64,000 nucleotides of DNA, from assembly GCA_964439245.1 (NCBI GenBank), contig CAYTPS010000001.1, forward strand, positions 1,886 through 65,885, given 5' to 3'. Source of the stretch: an uncultured Pirellulaceae bacterium (GTDB taxonomy: Bacteria > Planctomycetota > Planctomycetia > Pirellulales > Pirellulaceae). Position 1 is the first letter of the stretch, and every line of letters starts with the position of its first letter. Under the pieces are notes generated by a model. The model was not told where the DNA came from and ran no database searches. It saw nothing but the letters and a program-made list of their open reading frames with translations. The position numbers and the translations under genes were made by a program. Below, in pieces: positions 11,182 through 21,047 of this stretch.

Positions 11182-12990
11182 CTACCGGGGAAGAACCGGC
11201 TTCAAATTTTCGCTGATTCGTGATTCTTTTGTTTCGTAGACGTAAACGCTCTCTTCCACAATTATACGTCGCTCAGAACCGCCTGCCTTCAAAGCACTTC
11301 GAACAATATGCTCGCCTTTGGCAACACCGAGAGCTGTAAAGGTAAAGGACAACTTCTTTCCAGGTTTGACTTGGTTGCTAAGGAATGTGACTGAGTTACT
11401 GGCTTCGTCAACAACGACTCCAGTGTTGTCCTTGGACGCAACCATTAGAGAAGGTGGTAGTTCAATGGTGACTTCGACGTCGCTTGCCGATTGGCTACCT
11501 TTGTTGGTGACGTTAATGTCGAAAGTCGCTTTGGAACCCACCTGAACCGGACCACTGTTGTTGGCCATGTCGATACTCAGATCTGGCCGGGAATTAATGG
11601 CAGTTTTAAGCATGAACTCTGATTTACGAGTTTCGTTACTGGCAACAGAGATTCGGCATACTTGTTCACCGGCTTGCGTAGAAACGGCTCTTAGCTGAAT
11701 AGTCTCTTCGGATCGGGCTTTGATCTTTTCAAATTTCCAAGTCAACGTTTGTGTAGCTTCATCCATTTTGGCTTGTCGGTTAATTGTGGTTACCGTCATG
11801 CCGCGTGGAATGGCCAAAGCTACTGCTACGTCAGAAACATCGACCTCACCAGAGTTATCTACCTTGATGGAGTAGATACCATCACGATCAACAAAGTTCA
11901 TGTCAGGGCCAACAGCAAGCACTTTGAGCTCAGGTTGCGAAATTTTCAACGGAGCGTCAACGTTGTTTGCAGTTACTCGTTCGCCCTCAGCAGAAAAATC
12001 AAGCTTCACTTGTCCAGGCAGTTTTGCCAGTGATTGAATCGTCACGATTAGATTTTCGCCAGGCTTAAGATCTTTGGGAGAACTCATTCCCTGTTGTTTG
12101 AGAAAGCGTAATTCGTCGGGGAAGTTGCCCTGCAATCGAACTTTTCGCGCTAAACCATCACCCACGTTCTTGATCGAAACGGTGTGTGTGGTTTCACTGC
12201 CAATGTTGGCTTGTTGTGGACCGTTGACGGTCATCATGAGCTTGGGTTGTCGCACATCAACAACAGTCTTTTGTGTGTCGACGACTTCCATGCGAGTGCG
12301 GAAATTCATAGGTAGTTTTTCCGTCGGAACAACGCGTACCGAAATTTCACGCTCTCTGTTGGCGGCTAGATCAGAAACAGTGTACGTCAATTTGCCGTTT
12401 TGCTCAGAGGTCGGAGAAGGTTTGGCTGAAACGAACTTTGTGTGACTTGGCAGTTCGATTGCAAACGCAATTTCTTCGACTCTTCTTGATCCAGCATTCC
12501 GAAGTCGGAATTTGATGTCGGTTTCTTCTTCAAGATTGACCTCGTTTGGGGATCCAATCTCGACGGTCACTATTGGAGTAGAAGCTGACCGGTTCTGGGA
12601 AACATAACTTGTATCCTCAGATGCGAAAGAGTCTTCCTCATTTTCCACGCGTTTGATCGCCGGAGGGTTTCCACCAGAGGGGTTTCTTGCGAAGGCACTG
12701 TCATCAACGATTTTAGGAGCACCAGAAGTCTGCTGACCATTAGCATCAATGATTTCGTAATCAACGTCAGCTGGCGCAACTGTCCTAGATTTACTCTGAG
12801 GAATAACGCCTGCAGGAAGCGGTGGTTGTGCCAAGTCAGCGCCCATCGTTGGTTTTGCAGGCTGCTTCAGTTGAACATTTGGAGAATATCCGCTCGGGAC
12901 AAAAGATCCTTGAGCGAAAATGGAAGCTGGTGCCAAGCAAATAGCAGTAACTACTAGTGTGGCATGTGATCGACGTAAGAGGGGGGACAT
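11182..12990 (-). CDS. Secreted DUF11/Ig-like repeat protein
   Basis: Signal peptide, Pro-rich linker, then four beta-sandwich repeats (..I.V.N.G...A..V......P). ATG 12990 follows GGAG. Confidence 0.72.
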   Translation of the reverse strand: MSPLLRRSHATLVVTAICLAPASIFAQGSFVPSGYSPNVQLKQPAKPTMGADLAQPPLPAGVIPQSKSRTVAPADVDYEIIDANGQQTSGAPKIVDDSAFARNPSGGNPPAIKRVENEEDSFASEDTSYVSQNRSASTPIVTVEIGSPNEVNLEEETDIKFRLRNAGSRRVEEIAFAIELPSHTKFVSAKPSPTSEQNGKLTYTVSDLAANREREISVRVVPTEKLPMNFRTRMEVVDTQKTVVDVRQPKLMMTVNGPQQANIGSETTHTVSIKNVGDGLARKVRLQGNFPDELRFLKQQGMSSPKDLKPGENLIVTIQSLAKLPGQVKLDFSAEGERVTANNVDAPLKISQPELKVLAVGPDMNFVDRDGIYSIKVDNSGEVDVSDVAVALAIPRGMTVTTINRQAKMDEATQTLTWKFEKIKARSEETIQLRAVSTQAGEQVCRISVASNETRKSEFMLKTAINSRPDLSIDMANNSGPVQVGSKATFDINVTNKGSQSASDVEVTIELPPSLMVASKDNTGVVVDEASNSVTFLSNQVKPGKKLSFTFTALGVAKGEHIVRSALKAGGSERRIIVEESVYVYETKESRISENLKPVLPR

Positions 12991-13183
12991 CAAAGTTCTC
13001 CAACCATAGTTGAGATTCAAATCTTATAGACGTCTCTTCTATCGGACGGATAATTGGTAAAATGCAAACGCTTTGACATTACTGGCATATTTTTGCTGGA
13101 AAAGTAGTCGTAGCTTGCCTAGAGCAACCGTTGATTGCGAAAGCAGTGGTCTGCTAGCAAAGTAATTCGCAGCCACTAGTAAG

Positions 13184-15439
13184 GTGTTTAACTTCTCAGT
13201 TCAACCAGTGATGGTCATGAATAATCGAATCCAGTTTAGTCCTTTGCGTAGTAGCGGCACGTTCAAGGCCTGCTATCAGACCGCAGTGATGTTCACCGCA
13301 GGTTTACTTTCCCTTTCAGCTACTCCGTTTATTTTCTCCCAGACCATGCCCGAATACCCACAAGCTAAGAAACAGGATCAAGTAGATCAATTTTTTGGAG
13401 TGGATGTAGCTGATCCCTACCGCTGGTTGGAAGACGATGTAAGGGAATCGAAAGATGTAGAGAATTGGGTCAAGTCGCAGAACGAGGTAACCTTTGGCTA
13501 TATCAAAGGACTACAACATCGCGACGAGATCGAAAAACGCCTAACAGTTCTATGGGACTATGAAAAATATCGCCCACCTTTCAAAGAAGGCGACAAGTAC
13601 TACTACTTCAAGAATGACGGACTACAAAACCAAAACGTACTCTATGAATCTACAACTGCCGCTGGAGAAGGGCGTGTTCTGATTGATCCAAATACGTGGT
13701 CCGACGACGGAACTGTTGCTTTGGGTAACGTCAATTTCAGTGATGACGGCAAGTATATCGCGTATGGGATTCAGGATGCTGGTTCAGATTGGCGAACGTG
13801 GAAGATCATGGAAGTCGCCACAGGAAACCTTCTGGAAGATGAATTGAAGTGGATAAAGTTTGGAGGAATCAGCTGGAGAGAAGACAACAACAGCTTTTAC
13901 TACAGCCGCTATGACGAACCGGAAAAAGAAGGTGAATTCCAGTCACTGAACCTTGGCCAGAAAGTTTATCTGCACAAACTGAATACGCCTCAATCAGAAG
14001 ACCTACTGGTTTATCAAAACGACGAACAACCAGAATGGGGTTATCTACCGGAGGTGTCCGAAGACGGACGGTATCTAATAATTACAGTCTGGAAAGGTAC
14101 CGATGATCGCTATCAGATAATCATCAAACCTCTTAAGGATGGTGAAGGGAATGAAGTCGAAGAAGAGCTTTCGTTCTTGATTGATAATTTCCAAAACGAA
14201 TTTTCGTTTCTCGGTAATCAGGGCCAATTGCTGTATTTTAAATCAGATTTTAATGCACCGCGTAAGTGCATTCTCACGATCGATCTTGCGAAACCAGATC
14301 AACAAAACTGGCAGGTCATCGTTCCAGAGGCCGAGCAAGCCATGTCGGGTGCAGCGATAGTCGGTGACTTTATCGTCGCCGAGTATCTAAAGGACGCTAA
14401 AACGCAGATCAAACTGTTTGACTTGGAAGGTGACTTTGTACGAGAAGTTAATTTTCCAGGGATTGGCTCGGCAAGTGGTTTCGGCGGGAAACGAAGTTCG
14501 AGCGAAACGTTTTACAGTTTTTCTAGCTTCAACCGACCACCGACAGTCTTTCATTACGATCTCGCATCAGGGGAGAGCCGCCAAATTCGCCAAGCGCAGG
14601 TAGATTTCGATTCTGATAATTTTGAAGTAAGTCAAATTTTCTATACCAGCAAGGACGGCACGAAAGTGCCAATGTTCTTGGCTCACAAAAAGGGTATCGA
14701 GCTCAATGGGAAAAACCCAACACTGCTCTACGCGTATGGCGGATTCAATATTTCACTGACCCCCGGTTTTTCAGTGACGAGGTTGCAGTGGATGGAGATG
14801 GGGGGCGTTTTCGCGATGCCTAATTTGCGTGGTGGTGGGGAGTACGGCAAGGACTGGCACAAGGCTGGAACTAAAACGAAGAAGCAAAATGTATTCGACG
14901 ACTTTATCGCCGCCGCAGAGTGGTTGATCGACAATAAATACACTGCGCCCCAACATCTTGCGATTCAGGGCGGTAGCAACGGTGGTCTACTGGTGGGCGC
15001 CTGCATGACTCAACGCCCGGAACTGTATGGGGCTTGCTTGCCCGCAGTCGGAGTGATGGACATGTTACGCTTCCACAAATTTACAGCTGGCCGCTTTTGG
15101 ACCGACGACTACGGATGTGCCGATGAGAACAAGGAAGAATTTGATGCCTTGTTTGCGTACTCGCCTTATCATAATTTGAAACCAAACACAGAATATCCAC
15201 CGACCTTGGTTACTACGGCAGACACAGATGATCGGGTTGTTCCGGGGCACAGTTTCAAGTTTGCGGCGCGACTTCAAGAGGTACAAACTGGGAGCAATCC
15301 GGTGCTGATCCGGATAGAGACCAAGGCCGGACACGGAGCTGGTAAACCAACTTCGAAGATCATTGAAGAATATGCAGACATGTGGGCGTTTCTCGCCGAA
15401 CATCTTGGCATGAAGCCTTTCCTTCCAGAAACTCCATAG
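13184..15439 (+). CDS. Prolyl oligopeptidase (S9A), probably periplasmic
   Basis: Motifs DPYRWLE, YGGF, RGGGEYG, GGSNGG (Ser), DDRV (Asp) and AGHG (His). True start is uncertain and may be an internal ATG. Confidence 0.93.
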   Translation: MFNFSVQPVMVMNNRIQFSPLRSSGTFKACYQTAVMFTAGLLSLSATPFIFSQTMPEYPQAKKQDQVDQFFGVDVADPYRWLEDDVRESKDVENWVKSQNEVTFGYIKGLQHRDEIEKRLTVLWDYEKYRPPFKEGDKYYYFKNDGLQNQNVLYESTTAAGEGRVLIDPNTWSDDGTVALGNVNFSDDGKYIAYGIQDAGSDWRTWKIMEVATGNLLEDELKWIKFGGISWREDNNSFYYSRYDEPEKEGEFQSLNLGQKVYLHKLNTPQSEDLLVYQNDEQPEWGYLPEVSEDGRYLIITVWKGTDDRYQIIIKPLKDGEGNEVEEELSFLIDNFQNEFSFLGNQGQLLYFKSDFNAPRKCILTIDLAKPDQQNWQVIVPEAEQAMSGAAIVGDFIVAEYLKDAKTQIKLFDLEGDFVREVNFPGIGSASGFGGKRSSSETFYSFSSFNRPPTVFHYDLASGESRQIRQAQVDFDSDNFEVSQIFYTSKDGTKVPMFLAHKKGIELNGKNPTLLYAYGGFNISLTPGFSVTRLQWMEMGGVFAMPNLRGGGEYGKDWHKAGTKTKKQNVFDDFIAAAEWLIDNKYTAPQHLAIQGGSNGGLLVGACMTQRPELYGACLPAVGVMDMLRFHKFTAGRFWTDDYGCADENKEEFDALFAYSPYHNLKPNTEYPPTLVTTADTDDRVVPGHSFKFAARLQEVQTGSNPVLIRIETKAGHGAGKPTSKIIEEYADMWAFLAEHLGMKPFLPETP

Positions 15440-15579
15440 CTGAGGGTTGTTTAGTAGGCGCCATAAGAGGAAGTCAATATATCGTAGAATTTCGTAAATT
15501 TCACCAATTGAAGTGCCAACTGACGACGGGGCAACGAAGACTTCGAGTGAGTAGTGGTTGTCAGCTAATCGACAGAATA

Positions 15580-15613
15580 AAAATGGCCAGCGTCACATGA
15601 TGCTGGCCATTTT
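15580..15613. terminator. Bidirectional intrinsic terminator
   Basis: Hairpin AAAATGGCCAGCGTCA-CA-TGATGCTGGCCATTTT between convergent genes. Confidence 0.75.
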
Positions 15614-15623
15614 CATTTGTGAA

Positions 15624-18600
15624 TTATTGGCTAAGCAGATCAATGAAGAAACTGATATCCAAGAAGTTCACGACTCCGTCCCTATTGATATCTGCTTCGT
15701 CTTGGAAACCGCCCGTTTGCAAAATCGTAGTGAATGGAGCGATGTCTAAAAAGTTGACTACACCGTCTTGGTTGACATCGCCCAGCGGCCATTCGTTGTC
15801 GGTGATTGTGGCCACTACCGAATCGGGATTCAGACCATTGTAGAAGCTGTCGCTACTACTGACCGAATGTGCAATAGTGCTGGAGTGCTGGCCTTCGATG
15901 ACTGAATCATCATTCGCGGCGACAGTCACGGTTTGAGGTGTCAGAGCATTGGAAGGAGTAAACGTCAAAGTCACTGGGTTTCCAGTCCCCGAACCGATGC
16001 TGGCTTGCCCGTCGGGGTCAACCGTTACCGTGACATTCGCTGTTGGCACGGAGTCAAGTACAACCGTGTAGATGTCTGAGCTGCCACCTTCAGTCACATC
16101 AGTGGATCCATTCGTTTGGAAAATCGATACTCCAGCCGAATCATTGTCTGCGATGCTGGCGTTAATATTTGGAACCGAGAGACCGCTGTAGTCGGAATCA
16201 GCACTGGTTACCGAAAGTGTAATCAGTCCTGAATGAGAACCTTCAGCAACCAGATCGTCGGCTGCAAAGGCGACAACTGCTTGGGGGGACAAAGCGTTGG
16301 ACGGAGTGAAAGCCACTTGAACGGGTACGCCCGCACCTGCTCCAAGATCAATTTCCCCATCAGGGTCAATCGTGACCGTTACGTTCGACGTTGGCACAGA
16401 ATCAAGTACGACCGTCCACGAATCACTGGAGCCTCCTTCGGCAAGTGACGTGTTTCCGCCTGACTGTGCGATAGAAATTCCGGCTGCTGGACCCGTGTCG
16501 CCAAAGTTCATGTCACCAGGAGTGATCACAGCGCTTACGGGAAGGTTGGAACTTCCATTGTCATAAGTCGTGCTGCTAGTGGATCCAGTGATATCGCCGT
16601 TAAACCAAGCGGCAAGCGTCTCTACTCTGTAATCATTGGTGATTCGGGTCGCAGCGTCTGGTGTGCCCGACTGCCCCAGCGATGCTGCTGAATAGACACG
16701 ATCCGACGACCCGTTATCTTTCCAACCTACACTGTCATAGATGGATGTCCAAGGCGTCGAATCAAATAGTCCGTCGTTGTTGGTGTCCAAATCGGTGCCA
16801 TTACTTCCGGAGAAACCTTCAACCAGCAAGAAAGTAACAGTCCCGTTCTCGATGCTGCCGCCGGTGAGATTGGCAACGGTCGTGGCCCCATCAACTTGGC
16901 TTCCCCAAGGAGTTCCATTGGTGGCATAGTTCTGACCCAACAATAAAAGCCCGTTGGATCCGGAAGTTAGCGCGCTGAGATTCTGAGCGTTATCAATCGT
17001 ACCTGAACCGGCTCCATCACCTTCGATCTCCAACAGCCAAACATCGGTTAGTGGAGCTGAAGGCGAAGCAAGGATCTCGACGTACTCAAAATTTGAGTCA
17101 GTACCAGGGTTGTTGACGTAAACTTCGTTCAGTAGGAAGCTGGAAGCAACCGCATCATTGTCAGTGATCGTTGCGTTCACCCCGGGTACACTCAGTCCGT
17201 TGTAGTTCGCGTCACTGCTGGTAATAGAGTGCGTAATCAGTCCGGAATGACTTCCTTCCACAGCCGTATCATCAACGGCAACCACGGTTACCGTTTGTGG
17301 CGTCAGAGCATTGTTCGATGTAAACACGACCTGAATCGAGTTGCCGGCTCCCGCGCCCAAATCGATCTGTGAATCAGGGTCCACCGCAACTGTCACGTTA
17401 GAAGTCGGCTGGCTTTCAAGGACAAGCGTATACGAATCGTTGTTGCCGCCTTCAGTCACGGTTGTCGAGCCGCCCGACTGCGAAAGAACAATTCCTACCG
17501 AATCGTCGTCAGTGATCGCGACCGAAATATTCGACAACACGAGTCCATCGTAATCTCCATCGAAACTGGAAGCGGTATGAGTGATCAAGTCACTATGGTT
17601 GCCTTCAAAAATCGCATCATCAACCGCCGAAACGGTCACTGTCTGTGGCGAAAGGAAATTGCCGGGCGTAAACACCAAATCTACCGAAGCTCCCGGCCCG
17701 TTACTCAGATCAATTTCGCCACCCGGGTTAACCGTTACGACCACGTTCGAGGTCGGGGGTGCGTCGAGTACCACGGAGTAACTGTCAGTTGAACCTGCCT
17801 CGCTGACGCTGGTCGAGCCGCCTGTTTGAGTCACAGTAATTCCGGGCGGCTCAAAGTCGTTGTCGGTGATTGTGGCAACCACCAAACCAAGACTTAAACC
17901 GGTGTAGAAGCTGTCGCTACTACTGACCGAATGAGCAATAGTGCTGGAGTGTTGGCCTTCGATGACAGAATCATCATTCGCGGCAACTGTCACCGTTTGA
18001 GGTGTCAGAGCATTGGAAGGAGTAAACGTCAAAGTCACTGGGTTTCCAGTCCCCGAACCGATGCTGGCTTGCCCGTCGGGGTCAACCGTTACCGTGACGT
18101 TCGCTGTTGGCACGGAGTCAAGTACAACGGTGTAGGTGTCAGAGTTGCCACCTTCGGTCACATCAGTGGATCCACCCGTTTGGACGATCGATACTCCAGC
18201 CAAATCGTTGTCAGTGATGTCTGCATTGATGTTTGGAATAGAAAGGCCGCTGTAGTTGGAATCAGCACTGGTTACCGAAAGTGTAATCAGTCCTGAATGA
18301 GAACTTTCAGCAACCAGATCGTCGGTTGCGATCGCGACAACCGTTTTCGGTGTCAGAGCATTGGACGGTGTAAATACGAGCTGAATCGGCAAACCCGCAC
18401 CTGCCCCAAGATCAACTTCTACGTCCGGATCAATCGTGACCGTCACATTCGACGTCGGTACAGTATCAAGCACCACGGTCCACGAGTCGCTGACGCCGCC
18501 TTCGGCAAGCGATGTGCTTCCGCCTGACTGCGCGATGAAGATCCCAGCTGTCGGATTCAGGTCCCCAAAGTTCGTGTCACCGGGAGTGATCACAGCGTTT

Positions 18601-20558
18601 TGGGGAATGTTGGAACTTCCATTGTCGTAGGTCGTGCTGTTGGTCGATCCAATGATATCGCCGTTGAACCATGCAGCAAGCGTCTCGGCTCTGTCATCAT
18701 TGGCGATACGCGTCGCGGCGTCTGGCGTTCCCGACTGGCTCAGCGTTGCAGCCGAGTAAACACGATCCGACGACCCGTTGTCTTTCCAACCTACGCTGTC
18801 ATAAATGGATGTCCACGGCGCCGAATCAAATAGCCCGTCGTTGTCGGTGTCTAGATCGGTACCGTTGCTTCCCGAGAAACCTTCAACCAGCAAAAAAGTA
18901 ACAGTTCCGTTCTCGATGCTGCCGCCAGTTAGATTGGCAACAGTCGTGGCCGCATCAACTTGGCTACCCCAAGGAGTTCCGTTGTTGGCATAGTTTTGAC
19001 CCAGCAACACAAGCCCGTTGGACCCGGTGGTTAGCGAACTGAGATTCTGCGCGTTGTCAATCGTACCTGCACCGGTCCCATCGCCTTCGATCTCCAACAG
19101 CCAAACATCGGTTAGCGGAGTTGAAGGTGATGCAAGGATCTCGATGTATTCTAGATTTGAGTCACTGCCAGGGTTGTTGACGTAAACTTCGTTCAGCAGG
19201 AAGCTAGAAGCAAACGAATCATTATCTGCAATAGACACGACGATGTCTGATACGATCAATCCGTTGTAGCCGGTGTCGCTGCTGGAGACCGAATGCTGGA
19301 TAAAGCCAGTATGAGGACCTTCGATGACCGCATCATCGAAGGCTGACACGATGATGGTCTGTGGCGTGAGTGCATTGGACGGAGTGAATGTCAGGCTAGT
19401 CGGGATGCCCGCTCCATTGCCAAGGTCAACCTGTGCGTTGGGCGTGACGCTGACCACAACGTTGGAAGTTGGAACCGAATCGAGTACCACTTGGTATGTG
19501 TCCGTCGAACCTCCCTCAGAGACGCTTGTGCTGCCATCGCTTTGGACGACGGCAACACCAGAACTATTTCCTCCAGAAGTAATAACTTGGAAATCTGCGA
19601 CAACCGGCAGGTGGTCACTTGCATCGTGGAGCGCCTGAATGACCGCTGGACTGGCCGAGCTATTACTGCCAGCGAGAATCGATTGGTTGAAGTGCTGGCC
19701 ATCGTTGCCAAGTGCAAAATAACTGTCGGTAACGTACTCGATCCCAAAACCATCATTGATTCCAAAGTTACCAAAGATCATGTCGAAGCGGTCATCCATT
19801 CCGCCGGTTGCACCACCGCCGAACTGGGTTGTACGCGGGCTTTGTGTGTGAACGCTGGCGAATGCACTGTTGTTGTGCCACTCACCGATTAGGTTTGACG
19901 GCAGCAGATCTTCTAGGCGACCATCGTTGTTCGATTCATTGGCAATTAGCTTCTGGTAGGCTGGTTCAGAACTTCCATAGATATTCATGTCCCCGGCAAA
20001 AATAAACTCCATGTCACTGGGAAGTGTCTCTAGGTGATTACGAAGTACAGTGACTTCGTCCAATCGCCGCTGTTCGTTAGAGCTGCCTGTACTGGCCTTT
20101 AAGTGAGCGCTGTAGACGTTAAATTCCGTACCGTCGACGCTTAGGGTGTACTCTCCGAACTCTCGTAAAGATGTCGGGATGTAATCCTGCGAGATCAGAT
20201 CTACTTTGGACGAGTCGTAGAACAGGATGTGGTCAGAGTCGGTTCCGTTGACAAAGTTTGCTCTGGAGTATCTTTGGCTACCTCCGTTGATCGCGTTCAG
20301 CAGCAGGTCAGCACCCACCTCGGAAGTGATTTCTTGCATCACTACAACGTCAGCATTGAGATCGTTGAAGACAATCTCAAACTCGTCCTGACGATCCGCC
20401 GACGACGAACCAAAGTTCAGTGCGTTGTAAGTTGCAAATCTGAGGTCGGTGACCGCAAGAAGCACGCGGTCTTCGAGCTTACAGAAATTGAGCGCAGATG
20501 ATCTTCGAGTCCGATTTCGCTTTGGTTTTCTTGCAAAGAGACGAGAGAGAGGATACAT
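15624..20558 (-). CDS. Giant extracellular protein: EEP (DNase I-like) nuclease/phosphatase domain, Calx-beta-like repeats, two lamin-tail-like modules, C-terminal dockerin-like domain
   Basis: Planctomycete motif LEDRVLLA. EEP motifs TYNALN, QEI, HLKAS, AGDMN, RFD and SDHLPV. Repeats ending I.DND; LLNEVYVN...EYIEI twice; C-terminal GDVNQDGVVNFLDI...DINRDGVVNFLD. Confidence 0.8.
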   Translation of the reverse strand: MYPLSRLFARKPKRNRTRRSSALNFCKLEDRVLLAVTDLRFATYNALNFGSSSADRQDEFEIVFNDLNADVVVMQEITSEVGADLLLNAINGGSQRYSRANFVNGTDSDHILFYDSSKVDLISQDYIPTSLREFGEYTLSVDGTEFNVYSAHLKASTGSSNEQRRLDEVTVLRNHLETLPSDMEFIFAGDMNIYGSSEPAYQKLIANESNNDGRLEDLLPSNLIGEWHNNSAFASVHTQSPRTTQFGGGATGGMDDRFDMIFGNFGINDGFGIEYVTDSYFALGNDGQHFNQSILAGSNSSASPAVIQALHDASDHLPVVADFQVITSGGNSSGVAVVQSDGSTSVSEGGSTDTYQVVLDSVPTSNVVVSVTPNAQVDLGNGAGIPTSLTFTPSNALTPQTIIVSAFDDAVIEGPHTGFIQHSVSSSDTGYNGLIVSDIVVSIADNDSFASSFLLNEVYVNNPGSDSNLEYIEILASPSTPLTDVWLLEIEGDGTGAGTIDNAQNLSSLTTGSNGLVLLGQNYANNGTPWGSQVDAATTVANLTGGSIENGTVTFLLVEGFSGSNGTDLDTDNDGLFDSAPWTSIYDSVGWKDNGSSDRVYSAATLSQSGTPDAATRIANDDRAETLAAWFNGDIIGSTNSTTYDNGSSNIPQNAVITPGDTNFGDLNPTAGIFIAQSGGSTSLAEGGVSDSWTVVLDTVPTSNVTVTIDPDVEVDLGAGAGLPIQLVFTPSNALTPKTVVAIATDDLVAESSHSGLITLSVTSADSNYSGLSIPNINADITDNDLAGVSIVQTGGSTDVTEGGNSDTYTVVLDSVPTANVTVTVDPDGQASIGSGTGNPVTLTFTPSNALTPQTVTVAANDDSVIEGQHSSTIAHSVSSSDSFYTGLSLGLVVATITDNDFEPPGITVTQTGGSTSVSEAGSTDSYSVVLDAPPTSNVVVTVNPGGEIDLSNGPGASVDLVFTPGNFLSPQTVTVSAVDDAIFEGNHSDLITHTASSFDGDYDGLVLSNISVAITDDDSVGIVLSQSGGSTTVTEGGNNDSYTLVLESQPTSNVTVAVDPDSQIDLGAGAGNSIQVVFTSNNALTPQTVTVVAVDDTAVEGSHSGLITHSITSSDANYNGLSVPGVNATITDNDAVASSFLLNEVYVNNPGTDSNFEYVEILASPSAPLTDVWLLEIEGDGAGSGTIDNAQNLSALTSGSNGLLLLGQNYATNGTPWGSQVDGATTVANLTGGSIENGTVTFLLVEGFSGSNGTDLDTNNDGLFDSTPWTSIYDSVGWKDNGSSDRVYSAASLGQSGTPDAATRITNDYRVETLAAWFNGDITGSTSSTTYDNGSSNLPVSAVITPGDMNFGDTGPAAGISIAQSGGNTSLAEGGSSDSWTVVLDSVPTSNVTVTIDPDGEIDLGAGAGVPVQVAFTPSNALSPQAVVAFAADDLVAEGSHSGLITLSVTSADSDYSGLSVPNINASIADNDSAGVSIFQTNGSTDVTEGGSSDIYTVVLDSVPTANVTVTVDPDGQASIGSGTGNPVTLTFTPSNALTPQTVTVAANDDSVIEGQHSSTIAHSVSSSDSFYNGLNPDSVVATITDNEWPLGDVNQDGVVNFLDIAPFTTILQTGGFQDEADINRDGVVNFLDISFFIDLLSQ
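15797..19214 (-). repeat. Intragenic direct duplication of about 1.35 kb (copies ~15797-17150 and ~17861-19214, offset 2064 nt)
   Basis: TAGAAGCTGTCGCTACTACTGACCGAATG occurs at 15841 and 17905; CCAGGGTTGTTGACGTAAACTTCGTTCAG occurs at 17104 and 19168. Both pairs share the same offset. Confidence 0.85.
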
Positions 20559-21047
20559 AGTCCAAGAGGCCTATATTGGGTGGGGTGGTTGCTGTCGCTG
20601 TCGAGACTAGCGAGGCTAGGTTTTAGCACACCGTCTCTTTATTGTAATCGTCAGAACGCAGGTCATCGTGGCGATTAAGCGGCGAAAACCGTGGTTTTCT
20701 ATTAGAAATGCAGCCTCACAACGCTTTAAGCCGATGAATATTGAGGTGTGTCCATCAAATTGCTTCCACCTAGAATCCACCGGCAAGCGGGTGTTTTCTA
20801 GCGCCCGTAGTATCGCGCATCCGGGCGTCAGGAAAAACGACTAATCGATCGGCGCTTTCGCAATTACGACAGAACACCACAAACACTCTTTCGTGGAGTG
20901 AAACGCGACTTTTGGATCAAAGCATGCAGTGAGTATTTGCTCCAACTCGAATCGGCCTCTTTGCCATGTAGAGTTTTCACGGATTCGGCGTAAAATAGAA
21001 TTTCCAAACACCTTTATTGACCAAAAACAGAGTGCGTAAACGATTCC

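Noticed and set aside
16233-18993. Paired antisense ORFs (e.g. 16233-16448 and 18297-18527; 16741-16929 and 18805-18993) that look like a duplicated gene family
   Set aside because: They are shadows of the intragenic duplication in the minus-strand 1644-aa gene.
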